From assembly GCF_001194135.2 (NCBI RefSeq), contig NC_068997.1:5550895-5614894 (forward strand): a stretch of DNA of 64,000 nucleotides. The letters run 5' to 3'. The DNA is from Octopus bimaculoides (lineage: Eukaryota). Below the pieces are notes generated by a model, which saw only the letters and a list, made by a program, of their open reading frames with translations, searched no databases and was not told the DNA's origin. Shown piece after piece: positions 54,278-64,000 of this stretch. Within the stretch, counting starts at the first letter, position 1. The number at the start of each line of letters is the position of its first letter. The translations under genes and the position numbers were made by a program.

Positions 54278-54911
54278 GTAAGAATGTTAATTTTTGAATA
54301 TTTGCCTGTACATAAATTCACAAGTCATGCACACGGTGGTGCATCAGCATGGCCGCAGCTCTAAGCTGAAACTTAAAAAAAAAAAAAAAAAAAAAAAANN
54401 NNNNNNNNNNNNNNNNNNNNNNNNNNNNNNNNNNNNNNNNNNNNNNNNNNNNNNNNNNNNNNNNNNNNNNNNNNNNNNNNNNNNNNNNNNNNNNNNNNNN
54501 NNNNNNNNNNNNNNNNNNNNNNNNNNNNNNNNNNNNNNNNNNNNNNNNNNNNNNNNNNNNNNNNNNNNNNNNNNNNNNNNNNNNNNNNNNNNNNNNNNNN
54601 NNNNNNNNNNNNNNNNNNNNNNNNNNNNNNNNNNNNNNNNNNNNNNNNNNNNNNNNNNNNNNNNNNNNNNNNNNNNNNNNNNNNNNNNNNNNNNNNNNNN
54701 NNNNNNNNNNNNNNNNNNNNNNNNNNNNNNNNNNNNNNNNNNNNNNNNNNNNNNNNNNNNNNNNNNNNNNNNNNNNNNNNNNNNNNNNNNNNNNNNNNNN
54801 NNNNNNNNNNNNNNNNNNNNNNNNNNNNNNNNNNNNNNNNNNNNNNNNNNNNNNNNNNNNNNNNNNNNNNNNNNNNNNNNNNNNNNNNNNNNNNNNNNNN
54901 NNNNNNNNNNN

Positions 54912-55136
54912 AGCATCACTTGTAACTCACAAAGGCAAAAACAAGAAGAAAAAACAATGAAAACTAACCAATTCCGATGTTTAACAGTAGACGCGTTTCT
55001 GGAATACAGTACTGATGAAGGAAATTGATTATTATCAATCATGATCTAGAAGCGCGTCTACTGTTAAACATCGGGATTGGTTAGTTTTCATTGTTTTTTC
55101 TTCTTGTTTTTGCCTTTGTGAGTTACAAGTGATGCT
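54912..55136. repeat. Inverted repeat with ~90-bp arms (left arm cut by gap) and a hammerhead-like motif in the centre
   Basis: 54912-55003 is the near-perfect reverse complement of 55046-55136. Confidence 0.9.
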
Positions 55137-56471
55137 ATCTGTGGGATTCTCAGCTTTTTTAGCTGCTATTTCTGAACTTCGGTATATGGTGAAGCAAATA
55201 TTTGCTGATCCCTTAATTATATTTATAAATATATATGAGCTTTTAAATAAGTTCTCCACCAATAATGGTGCTTTCATACCGATGGGCTTGGTAAAAATTG
55301 TTAATTGATTTATTAATTAATAAATTGATAATCCTTTACCCTTTTAATTTGTAATATATATATATATATATATGAACACATACATGCTTATTTGATATTT
55401 CATTGGAAAAAGTGTTTATTGTATTCAAATTTTGTATTAATAAAATTGTGATATTTTCTTTCAAACTGAAATTGAAGTGATTGGTGGGGGTGTGGCTCAT
55501 TTGAATCATGAAAATAAATACCAGTAATATATGATGGTCATTCATATTAATTATTTTCCTCCTCTTATAATTTTGATGAGAGAAACTATTAGTTAAATCA
55601 GGGTTCTTAACCTGGTATTAGCTTGAGGAAGATATTGACTTGAAACAAAATACATGGCTGTGTAGTTAAAAGTGCTGTATTACTGACCATGAGGTCCTAC
55701 ATTCAAATCTTACTGACTACAGTAATTGTAGTTGTGTCCCTTCAATAATATACTCTTACTTGTCCTATTACCATTATCATGCTGGTAGGAGTCAGATGAA
55801 ATTTGTTGAAGTAAATTTTCTCTGACAAGATGCTCTTCCTGTTGCTATTCTTCACCTGTTTCCAAGTAAGGTAATATTTTCCCATAGCGTGAAATATTTT
55901 TCACAGAAGACTGCAGAATACCAAGATACATACAAAAGAGTTTTTTTGGTTTCTGTTCAATAAATCCATTCACAACACTTTTGTATTATATTATACTTAT
56001 TTATCGTGCTTTTACTTATTAATTTTTCTATATGTGACAGTGGATTTTCATGGATTAGTTCATGAACCTTGGTTCTTTTCGCTAAAACAATATATTTATA
56101 TATTTTATACTGTGAAACTTAATTTAATTTTAATTTTTAATAAATTGAATTTAATTTAATTTTTACCTGTAAATTTGGATTTTTATCCCTAATATTATTA
56201 TTATATATACGTATGTATATATATATATATATATATATNNNNNNNNNNNNNNNNNNNNNNNNNNNNNNNNNNNNNNNNNNNNNNNNNNNNNNNNNNNNNN
56301 NNNNNNNNNNNNNNNNNNNNNNNNNNNNNNNNNNNNNNNNNNNNNNNNNNNNNNNNNNNNNNNNNNNNNNNNNNNNNNNNNNNNNNNNNNNNNNNNNNNN
56401 NNNNNNNNNNNNNNNNNNNNNNNNNNNNNNNNNNNNNNNNNNNNNNNNNNNNNNNNNNNNNNNNNNNNNNN

Positions 56472-57272
56472 ATAACACTGACATTTTATTTTAACAAATA
56501 TATTTACCAAAATTACATAAAATATCTTGAAATACTAAAGAGTAAATTTATTCAATAAAATTGCCATTGGCTTCAACCACAGCCTCCAGACAACTTCAGG
56601 TTCACCTGCAACTCTTCTGGAAGGTCTCCTTGTTTAAGTTGATGAATGCTGTCATAATCCTTGCCTTCAGTTTTTCTTTGTTGGAGTTTTGTTGGTCTCT
56701 TGCTCAACTGTGCCCCACACATAATAATCAAGAGGGTTGCAGTCTGGGGAGTTAGGTGGCCAGATGTTTGGGGTAATGTGGTCGCAGAAATTGTCTGACA
56801 GCCATGACTGGGTTCTCCTGCTTGTGTGGCATTGTGCAGAGTCCTGTTGCCAGACATAGGGTCTTCCAGCAGCCACCCTTTTGACCCAGGGTAGCACTAT
56901 CTCCTCCAGGCACTTGATGTAGGCTTCTGTTTTGAGTCAGGTTGTGTAGGATGATGAAGGGAGGCATAACTTCACCATCACTAATGATCACTCCAAACAC
57001 CATGATGTTGACTGGACGTTTGATTTATATCACTCAGTACAAGTCCTCAGATCAACACCCTGAAATGCTCATATTGGAGTTTCCAGCTCAAATGCCAACC
57101 AATACAGCATGTTGTTTCCAAATTTCTGGCAGAGTGAATTGTGTCATGGTGTTGTTTTTCTCACAGATGATGTCCCACTGACCTTACTATATTGTGTAGT
57201 TGACAAAATCAAAATCGAAACAATGCGCATGCGCAAAATTAACAATATAAAATGGCGACAATTTACCCATCA

Positions 57273-57277
<5 letters not shown>
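56472..57277 (-). mobile_element. Second copy of the deleted DD37D (maT-like) element
   Basis: WQQD..(37 residues)..NPLDYYVWG counted in ORF 56667-56897; terminus cagtgtgatgggtaaattgtcgcc at 57277; the other end runs into the gap. Confidence 0.85.
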
Positions 57278-57316
<39 letters not shown>

Positions 57317-57719
57317 CACCATCACCTCATCACCACTACCACCATTTAATGTCTATTTTTCATGCAGTCATATATATATATATATATCTCATCATCATCA
57401 TCATTTGACATCCATTTTCTATGCTGGCATGGGTTGGATGGTTTGACAGGAGTTGAAGGGCTGTTCAGGCTCCTTATCTGTTTTTGGTATGGTTTCTATG
57501 ACTAGATGCCCTTCCTGATGTCAACCATTTCACAGTGTGTACTGGGTAGTTTTACGCAGCACCCACATGGGTGCTTTTTACATGGCACAAGCACCTACAA
57601 GCCCACAAGATTAGGGATTCTCAGCTGGAGAGGGTTGTAGGAGATGAGCCTGTATGCAAGGGCAACCACATTTTTACTTAGCCTGATGTGTCTTTTCAAG
57701 CACTGCACACTGCCAGGAG

Positions 57720-58400
57720 TCTTGGTTCTCTGTCATCTCCTCTGTGAGTCCCAACGTCTATAGATCCTTTTTCACCACTTCATCCCATGTCTTCCTAGGT
57801 CTACCTCTTCTGCATCTTCCCTGTATAATTAGAAATCAGCACCTTTTAATGCAACTGTCTTCGTTCATATGCATTACATGGCCATACCAGCGCAGTCTTC
57901 TCTCTTGCACACTGCATCTGATGCTATGTATTCCCAGTTTTTCTCTCAAATCACACTCTGTCATTTATGCACACTGACACTACCCATCCAGTAAAGCATA
58001 CTGGCTGGCTTCATTTCTTTCAAGTCTTCGCATATCCTCAGAGTAGTCACAGCCCATGCCTTACTGCCATGTAGTATAGCTGTTTATACTCAGCTATTGT
58101 ACAATCTGCCTTTCACTCTGACAGAGATAGTAGCTCTCTGAACTTTGTCAAGCCTATTCTTATTCTAGCAGCTATGCTTTCAGAACAACCACTCCCACTA
58201 CTAACTTGGTCACCTAAGTAACTAAAACTGTCTACTATTTCTAAGGAACCATCCTTGAAGGACTGCGAGAGTGCCTATGTCTGTATGTGACTACAATAGC
58301 ACTTTAAACGATTAGTGAAAGCATTTTACAAGCTATCAGATCATATTTGCTTGTGAGTGACAGCTAAGCATCTCTTTAAAGACACATTTCTCTCTTCCCT
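57720..58400 (-). mobile_element. RTE LINE 3-prime fragment, antisense in intron 3
   Basis: Reverse complement matches the copies at 3150-3775 and 20570-20990 (tacttaggtgac.., agagaagactgcgctggtatggccatgtaatgc, gtagacctaggaagacatggg). Confidence 0.8.
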
Positions 58401-59194
58401 TATTTACAAATGAGTGAAAGTATGTGGCCTGGTGGTTAGGGTGTTGCACTTACAGTCAACAAGATCATGGTTCTGATTCTTGGACCAGAAGATGCATTGT
58501 GTTCCTGAGCAAAACTTCATTTCATGTTACTCCAGTCCACTCTGCTGTAAAAGAGTAACCCTGCAATGGACCAGCATCTCATTTAAGGGGTAATGTTGTG
58601 ATTTTGATCGCTTATACACCATAGCTCTATCCACCTTGACAGCAGGATGGTATCATTTGAAAGTTACAACAATATGAGAAAGTGCATTGTAACTAGTGAT
58701 GTATAACAATATCAACATCTAATATTCTGGTTGATATAGTGATTACAGTGATCTATATATGAAACCTGCTTAGCACCCCCACCCACTCAGTTTAGCTCTG
58801 ATACAGCAGACCTATAATCAGACATTCTAGCCATGACCATCCTATCTTTTTTCTATGTATGGGGAAGCCAGGACTACAATAACCACAATATCCAACATTT
58901 CCCCTGGTCATATATCAGGGTCAGTTAATCCTAATCAGTTAATTCACTTCTTAGCTCTTTCAAACAGTACCCCTCTACACTGCAAGACCAACTTATGTTG
59001 TAAAATCTAGCCAACTCAGATAGAAGATGTAGGTTCAATTCATGATCAATGCCATTTCATTTCTTTGCACCAATAAATTCCTAGGGAAAGGCATGAATGT
59101 CATATAATCTTTCTTCTCTTCTTTGATAGAATTATCCTTTAACTGTTTTTTCTTTAGCTCTACTTTTCATTTCATTTCTCATTTAAATGGTCAG

Positions 59195-59333
59195 GTTGGA
59201 ACCAGAAGATACATGTCTCCAGAAATTCTTGAAGGAGCTATAACGTTCACACGAGATGCATTCATTCGGATTGATATGTATGCATGTGGTTTGATTTTAT
59301 GGGAGCTTATGTCTCGCTGTTCTGCTATTGATG
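59195..59333 (+). CDS. ACVR2: ACVR2 exon 4, kinase subdomains VIII-IX
   Basis: Acceptor tcag|GTT and donor G|GTATGT. Translation [46 protein letters not shown]. Confidence 0.97.
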
Positions 59334-59496
59334 GTATGTTTCTTATACAGCTTACCTTTTCATATCTTTTGTTGTTGTTTGATGTTGTCTGGCATGTAAC
59401 CATGGTCCCAAAGAGTTTGGTTTGTAATCACTAAGATCTGTGTTTTCAGCACCTTGACCTTTTTGTGACCATATTTCTGTTGAAATACTCTGCCTT

Positions 59497-59779
59497 TTCT
59501 ATATTTAAGAGATGAAGAATTCTGTACATTATTTACATTATTTACATTTGACGGATATTTGTCCTCATCTTGTTTGTTGTTAACACGTTTCGGCTGAACC
59601 ACCCTCCAGCCTTCATCAGGTGTCTTGGAGAAATTTCGAACCTGGTTCTCATTCCTAATGTATTTTTCGATGTTATTATCATTATTATTCAGGTCACTGC
59701 CTGGAATCGAACTCAGAATCTTGGGGTTAGTAGCCTGCGCTCTTAACACCAAGATTCCGAGTTCGACTCCAGGCAGTGA

Positions 59780-59814
<35 letters not shown>

Positions 59815-59957
59815 TCGTAAAACACTTTAGGAATGAGGACCCAGGTTCAAAATTTCCCCAAGACACCTGATGAAGAGTGGAGGGTATATGAGCCGAAATG
59901 TCATGTTAACAACAAACAAGATGAGGACAAATATCCGTTAAATGTAAATAATGTACT
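59497..59957. mobile_element. Head-to-head pair of tRNA-headed SINEs with Penelope-type hammerhead tail, forming a ~200-bp-arm inverted repeat in intron 4
   Basis: Arms 59524-59724 and 59749-59956; B boxes gagttcgattcc (-) and gagttcgactcc (+); (AAT)n; CTGATGA..GAAA motif in each arm. Confidence 0.85.
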
Positions 59958-61345
59958 CTGCCTTTGTTTCAAATAACTTTGAAAATAATGAAGAATTTAG
60001 TATCAAAAAAGAAAAAGAAAAATTACCCTTTGTCATTATTAAATTGATGTTTGAAACATAAATTAATCTTTTTGTTATCAAATTTCTTTAAAAATAACCT
60101 GCCCTTTTCAATTAATTTTGATAATAATGATGTATTTAGTAAAATAGTTGTTATTAAGCTGCTGTTTGGAACATAAATGAACGCAAAATTTTGATAGCTC
60201 ATTTTAATTCAGATAATTTTTAAATAGTATGTGTTGTAGAGCCAAGGGTGGTTTTGCACAGGTTGTTATTAAAAGGGCTCATCTTCAGTGGATTGTTATC
60301 AAATGGGTTACTCAACCCAGTCATGAGTAACACTGACTGGAGGAAAACCATGCAAGAAGCCTGTTGCAGATCTGTAACAGTGATTCATGATTTCAGCTTT
60401 GTTGCACACTTTGTCCAGTAGATCAAGGGATGATGTAGATTAGGGCTTCTAAGAGTGGTTCATGCAGACCCTTGGCATGGGTAAATAAAAGTTCAGTGGT
60501 CTACAGGGGATTAAATTTGCTTTAGCATTCAGATTACTCTGTCAAATGTAATGCTTATCTGTTCACTTTGATTTGAATTATTCATGCATTATCTTGTAGC
60601 TTTGAGATTTTAATGATGTGATTGGTTATTCTTACAACGATATTGTTAGGTAGGTGTGATAGGCCAGATGTGGTCAGTTTGAACATAAAAGAGGAAGAAA
60701 ATTTGGGGCTGGATATGGCTGGTTTAAATGTTGAAGAGTTAATCCATGTTATTACAAGGGAACAAAAGTTGCTGAATCATGCAGACAAGTTGCTAGATAT
60801 TGTACACATGACACATCAAAATGTACAGGTTATTTTAAATAAAGGAATGATCTTGTTCTGACCAGAAAGATCCGAACTTTTTCAGTATCATTAACTCTTT
60901 TGATATCAGTCCACCTGATATCATTCCTGGTCCCATGATACAAACTTCCTATCAAAATTAATTTGTTCCAGACAACAGCTTAATAATGACAAAAATTATT
61001 TTACTAAATTCTTCATAATTTTCAAAATTAATTGAAACAGAGCTCGTATATCTCATCACAAATATGGTAACAAAAGTGTTTTCAAGTGATCTAAATCGTA
61101 ACTTTCCAAAACGTTTCATGCTCATTTATGTTCTAAACACCAGCTGAATGATGGCAAAGTTATTTTACTAAGTTCTTTATTTTCACAATGTATTTCAACA
61201 GGAATATAGTAATAAAAAGCTTACAATTCCACTATTACAAAATATAAATGGTTACAACAATCTATGGGTTTAAACGTTTACTACCAAAATGCAATTGTTT
61301 TTTTTCTCCTTTTATTTATTTATTTATTTATTTTTATTTATTTAG

Positions 61346-61476
61346 TACCTGTTGATGAATATCAATTGCCATTTGTGGAAGAAATTGGTTTGCACCCTAC
61401 ATTGGAAGAGATGCAACAAATTGTTGTCATAAAGAAAATACGTCCAGCAATTAAAGAAAGTTGGCGAAAAACAGCT
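61346..61476 (+). CDS. ACVR2: ACVR2 exon 5, kinase subdomain X
   Basis: Acceptor tttatttag| and donor GCT|GTAAGT. Translation [43 protein letters not shown]. Confidence 0.95.
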
Positions 61477-63540
61477 GTAAGTTTTCTCTTTGTTTCATTT
61501 CTCTGTTGGTAAATAACACTGTAACAACATTAAAATTTTTTTTTTGTCTTTGGTCAGTAAGTGTTATTTTGTATTTGCTTCTTTCTAGAAATAAAAGGAA
61601 ATGGCTACCATTCACTTCAAATTTTGTTTTTGTGACCTGGACATCAATGTTTTGAAACTGACCTGTTTTCCACAACATTTCAAACAGACTCAGTGCCGAG
61701 TTGCTTAAGTAAAAATATCGTCATAGTAAATATTCTGCTCAATACCACAGATTTGCTTGTCAGTTGCTTGACCATAACCAATTGAGCACGTCCCTTAGTG
61801 GCTGACAATATGTGCATCTCTGGTCATGAACAGGAGTAGTGGGGATGCATTATATCCATGTGTTTTAGAGGAATTCTTTATGGTTTGAATAAATGTAACA
61901 AAAGCAAAGTTTGAAGGAAATATTAGCCAGTTTTCATACTTTCTAGGGATAAGCAAATAGAAAATAATTGTTGCTACCCTAGGACAAAAATCTTATTACA
62001 CAGGGTAATGATAAAGATATAGTTTTGTTTAAATGTTGGTTTTGGGTTCAGTACTCTACACAGCAGCTTGTGCAAGTATCATGCAGTGGATAGCCTGAGG
62101 CACTAGGAGCCTCTATGTAGTTGATTAACCTACTAGAAATAGGAGCAAGATCTCTCAGATCATTCCCGATTGTCTTATACACACACACAAAACCAATATT
62201 GTAGAGTTTATAGACCAAACAACCAGTTGTTTATTATATATCATAATATTTTCTATTTATGTAGTGTGTGTGTGTGTGTGTGTGTGTGTTGAAGCCTGTT
62301 GATGTAATCGCAGGGACTTTGTATGTGTGATGAAACAAGAAATTAAGCCCCTTACACAAGGGAAATATATTTAAGAATCTGACAAACTAATATTCTGTTC
62401 ACAGTGAGAACTGTCTCTCAACTGTTTTGTAACATTAGTAAAAATCAGTGTTAGCTTTTTATGTCAGCATGATAGGGCCCCATTATCTGCAATAGAATTT
62501 CCTTTGATTTTAAAGAGTTCATATTTAAATTAAATGGTTTTTAGAGAAATTATTTTGGTAGGTTTCATATACCAACATAATAATGCAGAAAATTATTTTA
62601 ATGCAGGCACAGGTGTAGCTGTGTAGTTCACAAGTTGTCTTCCCAACCATATGGTTGTTGGTTTAGTTTTAGTGTGTGACATCTTGGGCAAGTGTTTTCT
62701 AGTATATCCTCAGGCCAACCAAAGTGTTGTGAGTGGATTTGATAGGCAGAAACTTAAAGAAGTCTGTTTGCGTGTGTGTGTGTGCGCACGTGCGTGCATG
62801 CGTGTGCATGTGTGCGTGCGTACTTTTCTTAGCATAGCATGCTAGTTGTAAATGAGTGTCAGTGTCATTTCTTTCCAATATTCTGCAAAAGCATGCCTGG
62901 CCAAGGGGAAATATTACCTTGTTTGGAAACAGGCGAGGATTGGTGACAGATAGCGCATCTGGACATAGAAAATTTGACCAATGCAAGTATGGTAAAGTGG
63001 ATGTTAAAACATTGATGACGATTATGATTTTCCAAATTCTTGATTTATTTCCAAAATTGATAGAAACATATAGACTATTATTTCTCAAAGTGGCACTTGT
63101 GGGAAGTTTTACATGGGTGCTGGAGAGAAAGGCATCAATAGCAGTGTGATAGACGACTCTTTTAATATCCCCAATATTCACGAGTATTTCCAGTCCTCAT
63201 TCAGTTTGCAAATCATTCAGTTATGTTAGTAGTTGAAATTTCATATTGTATTAATAAAATGATTTAACAATGTGCAAGGAGTGTTTTAATGATGATCAGT
63301 CTTAGGAGCAATTTTTTGTGATGTTGCATTGTAAGCAAGGAGGCATTGAAAGAATGTTGATAAAAGAAAAGAGGGCAGTAGTTATAAAAAATCTTTGGGA
63401 AGTACTGCTAAAGACAGTGTGTTTTTGGAGAACTATGGTTGTGAAAGGCGGAGGTAGTTATGTTATTAAGAGCTCTATGCCTGGTTGGTAAAGGGCTAAT
63501 TAAGTACTAACACCAATTATTATCCTTCTCTCTTGAACAG

Positions 63541-63738
63541 AACATGGACTTATTGTGTACGACGATAGAAGAGTGCTGGGATCAAGAAGCTGATGCTCGT
63601 TTGTCGGCAAAGTGTGTTGAAGAACGATTTATTCATATGATTTCAACAAATATATCTACCTCAGAAGCATCAACTCCAAGTATCGTTATTATGCCTACTG
63701 GCCAAGAAATTCCGTCAAAAGAAAGCAACATCTGTTGA
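63541..63738 (+). CDS. ACVR2: ACVR2 exon 6, kinase subdomain XI and C-terminal tail
   Basis: Acceptor ccttctctcttgaacag|. Translation NMDLLCTTIEECWDQEADARLSAKCVEERF...PSKESNIC, stop TGA at 63736-63738. Confidence 0.95.
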   Translation, partial: NMDLLCTTIEECWDQEADARLSAKCVEERFIHMISTNISTSEASTPSIVIMPTGQEIPSKESNIC

Positions 63739-64000
63739 AGAGAGGGAAGGAATTAAACACATACAACACAACATACACACACACACACACACACACGCAC
63801 ACACACACACACACACACACACTTGAAACAAGCAAACAAAAAAAAAACAAGAAAGAAGACAAAACTCCCGGATGTTTCAGTATTTAAACTGTTGCCAATT
63901 CCACACCTGACAGAAAACCAGTAATTTTTTCTTTATTTTTCTTTTTTTTTTTCTCCTGGTTGGAGAATTTTTTTCTCCATGTGGGTTTGTAATATAACCA
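63739..64000 (+). other. Start of ACVR2 3-prime UTR with (CA)n tract
   Basis: Follows the stop codon; CA repeat at about 63765-63821; no AATAAA before the window ends. Confidence 0.7.

Larger units (their letters stand above)
8660..63738 (+). other. ACVR2: Activin receptor type II (ACVR2A/B, punt-like) gene span, 6 coding exons, 513 aa
   Basis: Exons of 52+300+722+139+131+198 nt sum to 1542 nt in one frame, with intron phases 1,1,0,1,0 and all introns GT..AG. The product has a signal peptide, a Cys-rich three-finger ectodomain with the CCC-x4-CN box, one TM helix and a Ser/Thr kinase with no GS box. Confidence 0.93.

Noticed and set aside
22101-56510. Long X-filled ORFs
   Set aside because: Artefacts of N-gaps read without stop codons.
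59213-59224. Kinase APE motif reads SPE
   Set aside because: A conservative change tolerated in many kinases; the other catalytic motifs (VAVK, HRD, DFG) are intact.
59700-59770. tRNA gene look-alikes here and at SINE heads (17775, 24860, 27345)
   Set aside because: No acceptor stem or complete cloverleaf; these are SINE heads.

Overview
AT-rich, repeat-dense eukaryotic DNA with about 12 N-gaps. The SINE/MITE repertoire and microsatellites look like an Octopus (coleoid cephalopod) scaffold; this rests on recalled repeat families, not a search. The window holds one protein-coding gene on the + strand, an activin/TGF-beta type II receptor kinase (ACVR2/punt-like). I assemble it from six coding exons: 8660-8711, 49766-50065, 53556-54277, 59195-59333, 61346-61476 and 63541-63738. 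All introns are GT-AG and phase-compatible, giving 1542 nt and 513 aa. The 52-nt signal-peptide exon is missing from the ORF track and lies 41 kb upstream of exon 2. The rest is intronic or intergenic and contains RTE and Tx1/L1 LINE fragments, a Penelope GIY-YIG fragment, Tc1/mariner elements (DD37D, DD41D and a mariner fragment), mariner-, piggyBac- and 8-bp-TSD MITEs, and several tRNA-derived SINE families. The most unusual signal is a set of intronic fold-back repeats carrying Penelope-type minimal hammerhead ribozyme motifs. The best case is a head-to-head pair of tRNA-headed SINEs at 59524-59956 whose tails reconstruct a complete hammerhead core. Other highlights are a stop/start-coupled uORF chain before the start codon, a micro-inversion inside a transposon, and inverted transposon copies flanking exons 2-3. 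No prokaryotic-type system or CRISPR array is present.
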